The notes below the pieces were generated by a model. The model made no database searches. It was not told the DNA's origin and saw nothing but the letters and a program-made list of their open reading frames with translations. This document shows, piece by piece, positions 36,931 through 49,500 of a DNA stretch of 64,000 nucleotides (position 1 is the first letter of the stretch; the number at the start of each line of letters is the position of its first letter). Both the position numbers and the translations under genes were made by a program. The stretch is from Vicugna vicugna (taxonomy: Eukaryota): the NCBI GenBank assembly GCA_013265495.1, contig MU063496.1, positions 4,960,739-5,024,738 on the forward strand, read 5' to 3'.

Positions 36931-38745
36931 CCTTTTTGAAAAATAACATGCATTGCTTTTCTATTATAAAAGTAAGACATTTTCAATATCAAAAATAAAA
37001 ATAAGTACAGAGAAGAAAATAAAGAAAGTCCACCACCCAGAAATGACTGCTGCTAAATTTCTGTGTATCCCTCTAATATAGACTTCATTCTGACATCCCA
37101 CTAGGGAGACTGCTCTCTGGACAGGGGAGCCTCCCTTTCAAAGAGGCTTTCTTTGGCAGGTGTGTTTCCTTTCGAGGATAGCATTGTATGCTCTGGGGGC
37201 GAGAATTCACCATCCATAATGAATGACCAGTGCCTCCCGCCCCTCTTCAGGGGCCTTCTCAGAAAACCACCACCCAGAGGTACTTCCCCACCACCCTTCT
37301 CTCCTTTCCTTTTAAATTTACTCAGTCCACCCAGCCCTACATAGCCTTTCCTTGCCTGTATATGCGTCTGTGATGACACCACCATGTCCTCCATTCCTTC
37401 CTTCCTCTTTAAGACCATGACTTCTTCTAAGTCTCTCATGAGCCCTTCTGGTCATCCTCCAGCACAGAGAGGGTACCACGCCCGTCATTGGTGGTCCTTC
37501 CTTGTTTTTTACTTTTGCTCTAGTTTTTTAAACTATCAAACTGGTGCAAAACTCCTCAAATTAAAGTTGGTATGGATAAGAGCACCATAAATGATTACAC
37601 ATGTACACAAATAATTACAAATTTTAATTGTTTTATTTTGGTAATGAATTTATAAACTTTGAGCTCCTTGAAAGGAGAGATTAGGTATTCTGTCACCAGA
37701 CCCTTAACCTAGTACTTGGCATATTATAAATACTTGATTAATATTTATTGAATTAAGATGAAAATGAAAAGAAAATTTAATTACCCAGTCTACGTTTTTA
37801 TCTCAGTAGTTTAAGTGCAGACAAAAAGGAGGTCATATAAAAATGATGAAAAAATAGTATCTTAGAACAAGTTTTATGGTATTTCAGTGCATTTTTTTGT
37901 GCTAAGGCATCACTATTAACCCAGGTGAGGACCCTTTTTAATGATTTTTTAAAAATCTTGACAATGCCCTTTTCACTTCTTTCCTAAATGAACATTAATA
38001 AAAAGCCATAAAAATTCCTGGGAGGGCCGCATGAGTTACTGCAGAGTAAGACAGGGAAAGGCCATTTGCAGCCATTTGTTTTATGGAGCTCAGTTCTGAA
38101 ACCTGGCACTGGCCTGACCCTTCAGAGGCACACTCTGAAGTGTGGAAATTTTCTTGAGGACAGCGGGCACTGGCCCTTCCCCCTAGATGACCCCAGACAT
38201 GTCGCACGTGTGCCGTTTCCCCCAGCTCCACAGTGTCAACCGCAGCCCTGCCCTGCATGAGCAGCCCAGAAACATGTGGGCAAGGGGAGCAGACACATTA
38301 ATGCTGATCCAGTGAATAGCTCTTCTCCTGAACGTAGGCTGATTTTCAGCTCACCTGCATGAATCATTTCTGCCATATGACTCTTTGGTCATTTAGTACT
38401 TGAAAAAAATGATTCCAAAGAATAGACCTGGCCCAGGACATTGGTTCCCAGCTCTTTTTGCCTCCTGAGCTCTCCTTCCATTGCTACTGGACACAGGACG
38501 GAAACCTGATCTGTAAACAGAGAGCAGGTTGGAGTGCCCAGAGCTTCCCCCACCGCTATCCTGACCCAAAGTCAGTGTGTCACAAATCCCTTGGAAAAAC
38601 CTCAGTCCTGGAGAAGCCAAGCTAGGAGAGGCTGACAGAGGGCACCAAAAAGAAAGATATAAGGAGAATGATTAAAATAATAGTACCTTGCATTTTTTGA
38701 GGTCTTCCTGTGTGCCAGTTACCATGGTGAGTACCATCTTGCTTC

Positions 38746-38792
<47 letters not shown>

Positions 38793-38795
38793 ATA
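38746..38795 (+). repeat. (TAAA)12 microsatellite
   Basis: Read directly. Confidence 0.95.
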
Positions 38796-39384
38796 GCAAA
38801 TTGTGCCAGGTGAGGCAGAGTGTGGTGTTAGCTGCCTGAAAACACTTGAAAAAGATATTGGATTGTTTGCAGGCAGGCAACGGGCCAGATTGTTTTGAAA
38901 GATCTCTCACTATGGTTGACTTTAGCCTCCATGGGTCTGTTGGAAGGGATCTCTCTCAAGTGAGATCAAGAAAAAATTAGTAGAGCAGAAATGTTCAGTG
39001 TGTGTACATGTGTGTATGTGTGTGTGAGATCCAGGGCGTCAGGCACACTGAGTTGCACTGATGTTAACACATGCACATTGGTAGGTGTACCATTTTAAGG
39101 GTAATTCAGGATGTTGAGGTAGAAATAGCTCAGGAAAAAAAGATAAAATAACAAGGTATATGCCTTTGCCAACATAGGTGGCTGTACCCTTGGCTGGTTG
39201 TTTTGACCGATCATAAATTCACAGAACAGAGCAGATCCTTAAGGATCACCTAGTCCCAGTCTCCTTTTGTCACTTTAGACAAAAGACTGTCTGAACCAAC
39301 CCAGCACAGGGACCCACTGGTCTCTTTCCACCTTCATTTGATACAGATGATCAGAGCCCCAAGACCAGATGTTCCTTACACCTG

Positions 39385-39900
39385 AGGAGCACTGATCAGC
39401 TCGTCCATGAGTCAGTCAGTCCACAGCCCTGTGCTGTGCTCGGTCCTGTGTCTGGGTCTCTGTATGGAAGGAGACGGGGAGGGAGTGGAAGCTTCAGGAA
39501 CTTAGTTTCAGTGGGAGATTAGACAGACAGAAAACCATAGTGGACTTTCAGAAAGTGATGAGGGAGTAGGAGCTCAGAGGATGCCACTTCTAGGCTAAGT
39601 GGGAACGGTTTCCAGGAGGAGGAGAGATTTAAGCAAAATCGAAGGTTGGTGGGATTTGGGTCGCTGAGTTGGCAATGTGTACATAGTTCTTGTTGGCACC
39701 ACACACATGTGACAGCTCTGAGATATGTCTGCAGGGGGCATGGGGTCACCCTGAAGAGCGTCATGGAGGACCCAGTGTGAGCCATGACAAGAGTTGAATG
39801 TCTAGCTGCAACATTTGGAGCCTTTTAAATATTTTTGAGCAGGGAAGGGACACAAGAGAAGCAGTGAATCTGGTGCAACTATGAAGCCAAAGATGAAGCT
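39385..39900 (-). mobile_element. L2 fragment
   Basis: gagtcagtcagtccacagccctgtgctgtgctcggtcctgtgtctggg...ttccaggaggaggagagatttaagcaaa is the reverse L2 3' region. Confidence 0.6.
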
Positions 39901-40488
39901 GAGGGCTCAGGGTTTATGTGCCCGCCAGGTGACGGGTTTGCTTAGAAAGCACATTGGAAGGCAAAATCCAAGGGAACAGGATCCTTCCTTCTGGAGCCCA
40001 GACCCAGGGAGGCAGAAGTCAGCAGTTAGCTCTCTCACAGGAGCAGCATTTTCTGACACGAATCAATGTCAGGTGATGCGTCCGTGGTCATAGCAGGCTC
40101 ACCACCACCAGCAAGCCAGGGTTGGGATTTCTCTCGCAGCACCTCAACTTCATGCAAAGCTGGTGCTGAGGTCGGGGGAGTAGGTCCTGACCGGCTCTTC
40201 CCCAAGCCTCCTCACGTTTGACATGTCCCCTTTGGGTTCAGTTCCCACATCTCACTCCGGCCCATTGCAGACCTTCAGATATTTAATTTGTAAACACTTA
40301 ATAAAGCACTGTCAGTAGGTTGGCTGTCTCCTCTGTCGGCCACGTCAAAATCAATACGTCCCTTGGGTGTTCTGCCGTGATTGTCTGGGCAGGGGACTCT
40401 AATAGGATTAAGTGTTTGGGGTCCTATCTGACGCCACAGTCCACAGTCCTAGTTAGATGAGGTTAAAGACTGGCTTGCCTTCGTGGAG

Positions 40489-40740
40489 NNNNNNNNNNNN
40501 NNNNNNNNNNNNNNNNNNNNNNNNNNNNNNNNNNNNNNNNNNNNNNNNNNNNNNNNNNNNNNNNNNNNNNNNNNNNNNNNNNNNNNNNNNNNNNNNNNNN
40601 NNNNNNNNNNNNNNNNNNNNNNNNNNNNNNNNNNNNNNNNNNNNNNNNNNNNNNNNNNNNNNNNNNNNNNNNNNNNNNNNNNNNNNNNNNNNNNNNNNNN
40701 NNNNNNNNNNNNNNNNNNNNNNNNNNNNNNNNNNNNNNNN
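40489..40740. other. N-block 4 (252 bp)
   Basis: Run of N counted from the sequence. Confidence 0.97.
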
Positions 40741-42204
40741 GCAAAGACCTAACCTTTTTGTGGGAGGGGGTGGGGGTGCGTTTTGATTTCTTTGAAGAGA
40801 AACGACTGTAATGAAATTTCAGGGGTTTAGGAGGAATTGTTCAGTGAGACACATCAAGCGTTCCTCCCTGAGACCCGGGGAGGACAGAGTCGTCAGGGCA
40901 CAGGGACATGCCGCCGCCATCCATCTGGCACAGGGCTCCCAGTGGTCCTCACTGCCACCTCAGCTCACTGTGGCTCCCTCCTCTGATTAGCTCCCATCAC
41001 AGTCTGAAAGGGAGGGAAGACCCTACTTAAGGGCAATTATCTAGGAGGTCACGGAAGGGGAAGAACTTGAGGCAGGGAAAGGAGAGAAACAAAATATGGA
41101 GGAGAACCACACTGATGCACTTGAACCCTAAAAAGCAGTTTCACATGTTCAGACCTCCCCTGAGGAGTTACTGGACATTCGGACATTGGCTGTTTTACCA
41201 GATCACTTTCTCTTTGTGTCGGGGTGGTTGGGGCCCAGGAGCTGATCCCACAAGGATTACAATGTGCTGTTTGGACAAAGGATCAGGATATATTAGTGGT
41301 GAGGGCGTCAAGGGAGCTTCAGCAGGTGGCCTAAAGATGAGAATTTCTTGACTCTGAGGAGTGTGTTTACAGAGGTGCACAGAATAAACTGTGATTTATG
41401 CCACATGGATCCTGAATGAAGTTTTATCCTGGAAAATGGGCTATTTCAAGTAAAGAACATTCTTTATTATGCTCCCCTCCATTGCTACTTTATTTTTCCC
41501 AATTGTCTGAGATGGCAGGAAGGAGGTAGACAGACAGTCAGACAGGTAGGTAAATAGGTAGGTAGGTAGAGAAAGAGAGATGCCTCTTATTCTTTAGTGT
41601 AGAATTATACGTTTATCTATTTGGAGAAGGAGAATTATGCAGAACTCACAGTTGGGGGTATGTCCTATGTGATCTATTTTTCTGTTGGTTTTTATGAGTA
41701 TTTTATATGAAGTTCTACATGGCCCCTTCTTGGTGTGTGTGTCAGGGGACACTGACGAGGGGTTGGGGATCAGGTTCTAGAGGGATTGGGAAAGATGGCA
41801 CATCAGCCTTCTGGGGCCGTGAGACCTTGGGGTCTTTGCAGCCAGCCTTTTCTGTCTAGGGCAGCTGTGACTGTGGCTTTTTTCCTGTGTGCTCTAATTT
41901 ATCCAGAAGAGGCAAAGCAGCCCACCTTCAGAGCCCCTCGCCTACACTGCTGTGAAAAGCGAAGGGCTATGTGATTAGGAGAAAATGATACCCCGTTTAC
42001 CTGCAAGGGTGATGCCCACGCATGGAGAGGTTTCATTACTCTCCTTAGAGTCGGTTAGTCATGCTCCTCTACTTTCGTCTTCCAAAATAAACCAAAATAA
42101 GACAAAAAAGAAAAGAAAACCTGCTCTGAATGCCCGTGATTTAAATCCATTAGGGCCCAGCTTCCATTTCCCGCTTCGGCGCTGATTTTCAGAAGCGGGG
42201 GCGC

Positions 42205-42360
42205 AGCTGGGCAGGGTGGAGTAGGCTGCTGGGTCCTGAGCCTGGCCAGCTCTCTCTAGTTTGCCATTGTGCCTCCTCTCCCCGGACCCAGTTTCCTCAT
42301 CTGTAAAATGAAGAGCTAAGGCTAGATGATTTTAAGGTCCCTTCCAGCTCTAAAATATTA
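42205..42360 (+). mobile_element. MIR relic
   Basis: cccagtttcctcatctgtaaaatgaagagctaaggctagatgattttaaggtcccttccagctctaaaat. Confidence 0.8.
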
Positions 42361-42684
42361 TTTTATGGTTCTAGAATTTATGTAGGAGAACGGCATGTCG
42401 CACTATCCCTTGTTTTAGGCTTTCGAGTTGAAAGTGAGATGTCTCATCAGTTCAAGCCAGCTCAAGCCCCATGTCTCAGATAAAAAGAGAATAAAAAAAA
42501 GAAACTTATTAAAGATAGCTAAGTTCCCCTGATAAGCAGCAAGTGAGAAATCCCTGATTTAATTTGAATATATTTCTGTCTTCATTAATTTAAAGCGTGT
42601 ATATGATAATGTATCCTTTTTTATTTAGTGATCTGTCCTGGAGGGAGAGAAAGGCTTGACTGTGAAGCAGAGGGGTAAAGGTTT

Positions 42685-42895
42685 NNNNNNNNNNNNNNNN
42701 NNNNNNNNNNNNNNNNNNNNNNNNNNNNNNNNNNNNNNNNNNNNNNNNNNNNNNNNNNNNNNNNNNNNNNNNNNNNNNNNNNNNNNNNNNNNNNNNNNNN
42801 NNNNNNNNNNNNNNNNNNNNNNNNNNNNNNNNNNNNNNNNNNNNNNNNNNNNNNNNNNNNNNNNNNNNNNNNNNNNNNNNNNNNNNNNNNNNNNN
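42685..42895. other. N-block 5 (211 bp)
   Basis: Run of N counted from the sequence. Confidence 0.97.
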
Positions 42896-44099
42896 TCGTT
42901 TTCAAAAATCCATATCAGAATTTAACAAAAACAGCTCATAAATTTGTATTTTACAGCCTAGCAAAGTTGGCTGGTTCCCCATTCCGCTTACAACCAGATG
43001 CATCCTGAACCCTGGGTTTGGGCCATTTCCACTCTTAGAACTGACCTTGTGTTTTGTTACCAGAGTAGGTCAGGGGGTTTACTTGGAAGAGCATTTGTGG
43101 CTTCTGGGGCAGCAGAGCCACGAGGGGGCCTCTGGGGTGACCGGGTGAGCCCCTGACTGGGAACCAGGGACTCTGCTTTCATTCTGGCTCTTAGACAAGC
43201 CAGTTCCCTCCCTCGTCTGTGTCCTGGGGATAATTACAGCCTCCCCTCGTTGGCTCACAGCGTCATTGTGGGGATGAACGAAGTAGTAGATGCGAAAGCT
43301 CTTCCAAACCTTCAAAGGGAAGCAGTGCGGTCGTGGATTTAAGAGCCAATAAAGAACAGAATGGGATGATCGTTTTGGATCAACCTCAGGCATTTTAGGA
43401 AAGGTTTAGGACGACTCTTTTGAAAGCAGGGAGAAAAGGCTTTTGAAAATAGGTCCACTGTGTTATTATTTATTGTACTTCCATCCGTAGAAGTACCTCT
43501 GGTTCCTCCAGACTCACACCTGTGTTTCCCCAAAACCACTGTGGGCTCGTCCTCTGCCTGGATTGGCTCTGATTAGAGACCCCATTTGTTCCTGTGGCAT
43601 TTCCCTCACAGTGGCATTTATAGCTGCTGTCATTTTTGTCTGGAAAGGCTCCTGGCACCTAGATCCCTGTGTCAGGGTGCAGCTGCGGCTGTCCCTTCCT
43701 CCAGGAAGAAGACATAAAAAGTCATATTCGAAGGAATCTGAATCAACTGTGCATGCAAGATTAAGGGCCAGCCCCAAAAGGCTACCATGTAGTGAAGAAA
43801 ATTACCTGTTAAGGCGAGGGGGACTCGGGATGGGGAACTTGAGGATAAACTGTTCTTCAAGAATTGGTATCATCAGAGAAAAAAAAAACGCTATTAAATC
43901 AAGCGGGCCTCTGTCTGGGGAGCCTGGCCACAAATGTGCAAAAGGCTTGGGTGGGGGAGTGGGGGACAGGGGGCGGTGAGGTCAGTGCCCCTGAGGACTG
44001 GGGGCGGGGGCAGCACTAGAAGGAAGGGGTGCTGCCAGGTCTCCTCAAGAGGGCCGGCCAGTCTTTGCAGCTGAGCACAGAGGGCTAAGGGTGTAGGGC

Positions 44100-44310
44100 G
44101 GGGAGTGACATTGCCTGGATTCACTTCTGGTCTCTCCCCGCGCCCTTGGGGAAGTTCCCAGACTTTGCTGATCTTTGAATTCCTCGTCAACACTAGCCCT
44201 GTCACACAGGGACCTTGTGAAGGGCGAGTGAACTAATAAGAGTAACGTCCGTGAGCTGCTCAGCCCAGAGCCAGGCCAAAGTTAGTGCTTACGAAATGTT
44301 ACCTGTTGGA
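44100..44310 (+). mobile_element. MIR relic (degenerate)
   Basis: cacagggaccttgtgaagggcgagtgaactaataag...agttagtgcttacgaaatgttacctgtt resembles the MIR 3' end. Confidence 0.5.
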
Positions 44311-44787
44311 GAATGTTCGAGGAGTAGTGTCTGAAACAGAGGTTTTTGTTGTTGGCAGTGGTGGTAGTGGTGGGTTTGGATTTTTTGATATTATGTGTAT
44401 TAGTATTTTCTCTAAAACCATAGAATGGCATCCCTTAAAAATCTGCAGCAGCAGTGCTTGGTCCGCTCTGCGTGGCCTCTCGTTGTGGGCATGGTGACAG
44501 ACCGGTTTTAAGTGACAGAGCATCATTAAATGAGGCTGTCTGCTGGTGACAGCCCCTCTCTATTTGGGGGTGGGGAGTGGGCCTGAATGGTACTGGGAGA
44601 GGACGGTGTCTCCTGGTGAAGTCCTCCAGCTTGCTGTGAAACGGTCTCCAGTGACGTGTTTTGCCCTCCTTTTCTGACTCATTCCCCTCCCATCCCCCTC
44701 CCTGCCTCCTTGTCCCTCCTTTCTCCACCCTCCGCCCCCTGCTGCCCTCTGTAGTCTGCTCCAGCACCGGGATGTTGCATAAAGGGA

Positions 44788-45167
44788 NNNNNNNNNNNNN
44801 NNNNNNNNNNNNNNNNNNNNNNNNNNNNNNNNNNNNNNNNNNNNNNNNNNNNNNNNNNNNNNNNNNNNNNNNNNNNNNNNNNNNNNNNNNNNNNNNNNNN
44901 NNNNNNNNNNNNNNNNNNNNNNNNNNNNNNNNNNNNNNNNNNNNNNNNNNNNNNNNNNNNNNNNNNNNNNNNNNNNNNNNNNNNNNNNNNNNNNNNNNNN
45001 NNNNNNNNNNNNNNNNNNNNNNNNNNNNNNNNNNNNNNNNNNNNNNNNNNNNNNNNNNNNNNNNNNNNNNNNNNNNNNNNNNNNNNNNNNNNNNNNNNNN
45101 NNNNNNNNNNNNNNNNNNNNNNNNNNNNNNNNNNNNNNNNNNNNNNNNNNNNNNNNNNNNNNNNNNN
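44788..45167. other. N-block 6 (380 bp)
   Basis: Run of N counted from the sequence. Confidence 0.97.
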
Positions 45168-46439
45168 TTTGCGCAGTGGGCTCTACAAGGCTTTCCATCT
45201 CTCCCGGGGATTGGAGGCGTGCTGACAAGCCGCGAGGAGCGAGGAGGAAAAGGCTCAGGGGAGGCAGGCCAGATTCAAGGAGAGTAGCTAAGGATAAATC
45301 GGTGAGGAAAACTAATGGCAGTGAAATCCAAGGAAATGACTGCATCTGCCATGAAAGTAGTAATTAGGAAGCATTTGGTGTGCGTGTCTTTAACCATTAA
45401 AACAGGGACAAGGAGGAGCCCTGGTGTTCGGTTGCGGGAAACAGAAGGCTGGGGCTGCGCTGTTCCCAGAGGGAAGTCCCTCACAGGGGGCTCTGATGGG
45501 AGCGCATCCTCAGACCTGGGGGTCCACACAAATTCTGCTTCTTCCCAACAGAGCTCATTGCTGAAAGGCCTGCGTGCCCTCTCTCCCACGGGCTGCTGGA
45601 GACCCCACAAGGGCAAAGGCAGCCGTTGTGCGAGGGAAGGAGCCAGACTGGGGTACCACCCACCAGTGCATCTCAGCCAGAGGGCCTCTTGTCCTGGAGG
45701 GCTGGAGGGCCACCGCATAGGCCCGGTGCCCAGCTCCCCAAGGTGCGGAATGCCCGGTGCAAGTGGATGCACGTGGGGCTGATTTCTAAAAACCAGCATT
45801 TCCCTCTGTTTGTTGGGTCTGTTGGCTCCCAGCCTTTCAGCACCCTCGCGGAGAGAGCGCCCCAGGCGTTCCTGAGGGCGGCCTGGGCCTTTGTTCCCTC
45901 TCACGCTGTGATGGGAGTCCCCCCATCTGTCTGAGACCGTGGCCCGCTTGGAACTGTCCTGGTTTCTGTTGTTTTCTTTGCCTCGTAGCTCCTCAGCTCT
46001 GTTCTAACCTTCAAACTCTGGTGTCCTTTACCGTGTCAGAGCCTCATGTCCCCGGAGCTCCCAGGCCTTAGGGAGTCCCTTTCTCCCAGCACCTGCCGTC
46101 CTCAGCCCTTTGGCTGGATCTCACGTTTCCTCTTGGGGCAGCCTGATTTAAGCCTTCAGGGTTGTCTTAGCTCTCAGGATTCTTCCTGCTCCCAAACATT
46201 CTCATCTGTTTGCCTGGAAAGGCCTTCCATTCTTTCTAAACAGCCTGAGGGAAAACATGTAGTCCTTCAGGGAAGAGGGACGCACTGGAACCAATTAATT
46301 GAGCCCCAGCCGGGGGCTGTCAAAGCACCTTCCCGAGGTGGGAGGCCAAGCAGGCTGGCTCCTGCCCTCAGTCCCACCTCTGTCCCAGGAGCGTCCTCAT
46401 CCCATAACACTCCCAAGTACATAGGAAAAGCTTCCATTT

Positions 46440-46720
46440 TCTTCACCAGCCACCAGAAAATAAGATTTCTAATTAACTCCCTAATGGGTTGATGGCAGTC
46501 CTATTCAACAAAATTAAATTGACAACCGATGTGATTGATCACATGATTGATCCCACCTAAATTTGAAAATGGGTTTGAGGAAACTAACAAAAAACACAGA
46601 TACAGTGAGACCCTAAACAGCTCAATCTGGGAGAAAGCAGTCAATAAAGGAGGCTGAGAAACACTGTCAAACATTAGGAAGTTATTGAAAAAACACAAAT
46701 GTAGTTCTGATTTTCCTAGA
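46440..46720. promoter_or_regulatory. Candidate PBX/HOX/MEIS-type enhancer
   Basis: TGATTGAT at 46532-46539 and 46544-46551, TGACAA 46520-46525, TGTCAA 46665-46670, GTCAATAAA 46640-46648, in unique AT-rich sequence. Confidence 0.35.
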
Positions 46721-47300
46721 TGTCGTGGAAAGGGGGGCACCTGAATGGATGCCTCTGATGACTAGCAGAAGCATATCATCTCATCAGGAGAGACCGACTG
46801 CTTCCCAGCCAGGGTCTGCTTCTGAGTGCGTCAGCCCTGCTGTCAGTGTCCCCGGAACCAAAAGCCTTGTCAGGCACTTCCATCAGAGAGAGAGTGACAT
46901 TTCCTACCTAGAGCTATGGCTGCATGACCTTTAGTAAGAGCCCCGCCGTGTGTCAGCCCTGGACTAAGCCCTGGAGAGACTGTAAAATTCAGGTGCTGCG
47001 GTGCCCAAGCTCTCATCCCGGTGCTTGGATGTCTAGTTCAGTTGCCTAGACCATCACAGAGGGTTTAGAAATACACAGGAAGAAGTCGTCAACCCGTTTG
47101 ACAAGTCTTTATTGGGTGCATGATGGGGAGCAGGCACCATGCTCATCACTGGAGACACAGCCATAAATAAATGGCATGGCCCCTGTCCTCGTGAAGCTTA
47201 GGGTCTAGCTCTGACCCCAGGGAAAGGGAGGACCCCAGGGTGGGGGTCAAGGGGCGGGAGGGGCACCTGAGCTGGGCTGGGAAGCTAGAAGGAGTCCGTC

Positions 47301-47750
47301 AGAAATCAACAGCAACGAGATATCCAGGAAAACCCCAAATATTTGGAAATTAAGCATATTTCTAAATCTGAGTCAAAGAGGAAATTGCAAGGGAAATTTG
47401 AAAACATTTTAAACTAAATGATAGTAAGAAAACTACGTATCAGAATCTATGGGTTGCAGCTAAAGTAGTGGTCAGGGAGGAACTGATAGTTTTCAATGCT
47501 TGTATTAGGATAGAAGAAAGGTCCAAAATCAGTGACCTAGGTTCCACTGTGTAAAGGCAGGAAAAGAACACAAGTAAACCCAAAATGAAGAGAAGGAAGG
47601 AAATTATAGAAATAGGAAACAGACAACTGAGAAACCCTTAGCTAGAATGAACAAGGGGAAAAACACCCCAATATCAATACATCAAAAATGAAAAAGATGC
47701 TATCAGTACAGATCGTACAGACGTTTGAAGGATAATCAAGACAGGAGTCC
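47301..47750 (+). mobile_element. Old L1M ORF2 internal fragment
   Basis: aaactacgtatcagaatctatgggttgcagctaaagtagtg...aatgcttgtattagg corresponds to the L1 ORF2 YQNLWDAAKAVLRG..LNAYI region, here decayed. Confidence 0.85.
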
Positions 47751-48519
47751 AACAAGCAGAAATGGATTCCATGAGTGAGGCTGAAATACCTAGAGCTGCG
47801 AGTTATTTGAGTTTGGGGGGCGTAGGGAGAGAGCCTTGGAGTAGTAGCAGCGAGGCTAAAAAGATCGCTTGGAATCAGGTACTAAACAGAATTGTCGCTT
47901 TCTGCCACCACCCAGAGCCCGTGTTCCTGGCCAGTAGATGCCAAAACCACGTTCAGGTCACCACATGGGCCATCATGCCCTGCTTTCGGGGCACCCACAC
48001 TTCCTCAAGACATTTGTGGACTTGGGCCAGTCAGTACTTCTAAGGCTCTGAGTCTGCAGCCCCCAGAACAGAAGGCTTTGTCCCCCTCCCAACCTATTAG
48101 CTCCTCGTCCGTCGGGCTCACACATTTCAAAACTGATCTGATGGCGTCCTGACACCGTGCTGTCATCCTTGCCGTGGCTTATATACTTCTGAAAATGGAG
48201 CTCTTTTTTTTTAAGACGAGCCTGAATGTTCATAGCAGAAGAGGCTTGTTAGAGCCAGGCTGCTCCCCCACAGCTTCCGAGGCAGCAGGAGCCCACACAA
48301 CACCTGAGAGGGGGTGACGTGCGCAGGACTGGCACCAGGCGCTAGGAATCTGAAGACAAGGTCCCAAGCTGCACGGCGAAATCCAGATTTCCCCATGGCC
48401 GGGTCTTTCCCCTGCAGGAGTTCATGGCTTTGTTGCTCTTGGTGGAACTGGCCCTTCCTTGCTCTCTCTTTCTCCTCTGCCCCGGTGTCCACCAGGAGGC
48501 CATGTTTCGTGGTGGCAAT

Positions 48520-48680
48520 GAACATGGACTCTGGGGCCAGACTTTGCGATCCTGGGCAAGTTACCTTTCCTCTGCACCCTTCAATCTACCATCTGTGAAA
48601 TGAGCAAGATGAGAGTGCTAACTCAGTGTGGTGAGAAGTTAAATGACTTCGTATACTTGAAAAGGGCCTAGGAGTGCGGG
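48520..48680 (+). mobile_element. MIR relic
   Basis: atggactctggggccagac...ctgggcaagttacctttcctctgcacccttcaatctaccatctgtgaaatgag. Confidence 0.75.
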
Positions 48681-49364
48681 CAGGAAGGGTCAGAGTGAGT
48701 GAGTGTGCCCTGCGTGCTAAGTTGAGGGGCAGGGCTCTGGAGACCTGAGTCTATTTACCTGAGTATCCTTGTGCCCAAGAAAGTATGCAAAATAGCAAAT
48801 TGAACAAAACAAAACAAAACAAAACCACCGTGACAGGTTGACACCCAGTAAATACTAGAAGTATTAACCAAGTTTCAGCTTGGTGGTGGGACTCTTGGGC
48901 CTTCTCTGGCTCCTGTCGTCCTCAGGCTAATTACCCTGGCAGTCCTCTTGGTGGGAAGCTCCACCCTGCCCCTCCCAGTGCAGTGTGGACCCTAAGTAGC
49001 CGGGGTCAGACAGCTGCAGTTGGATCAGGAGTCCCTGCCCTGGTGGGGCTGGTGTACGCCGACCCTCACTGGAGACCTGAGGCTCTCCTGGGGTCCTCCA
49101 GGCTTCTGAGGCAGTTTACTTAATAACTGGAAGCTTTCGCCTTCCCCCATATCGCCTTGGAGCTAATCCAGCCACCATGCCCACCAGGTACTGATTGCTT
49201 GTGCTGTGACACTGATGCTGGTAGGAGAGGAATATCTTGAAAGGACAGAAAAGCTGGGGGAAGGATGGAGAAGAGGAGGGCGGAGCAGAAGCCCTCGTGT
49301 GGGATTTGATGTTCTTGGAGGAGAGTGAGTCAGGCACTTGGGTTTGACCCTACATTTTCAGAAC

Positions 49365-49500
49365 ATTCTCACATGCATTGTCTTTCTGCGAGTTTGGGGG
49401 TGAGGCATGGCCTACATAGATATTTTCACTAGAAATGAGAAAGCTGAAGCCCAGGAAGGCCAAAGGACTTGCTCAAGGTCACACAGCTACTTTCAGACAC
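49365..49500 (-). mobile_element. MIR relic
   Basis: attttcactagaaatgagaaagctgaagcccaggaaggccaaaggacttgctcaaggtcacacagcta. Confidence 0.8.

Noticed and set aside
40150-40488. Possible ancient LTR (AATAAA followed by GT-rich sequence) before N-block 4
   Set aside because: No TG/CA termini, TSD or family consensus could be matched with confidence.
43563-43979. 138-aa ORF with a hydrophobic N-terminus
   Set aside because: No recognisable domain, it starts at a non-ATG codon, and there is no splice or promoter support; consistent with chance.
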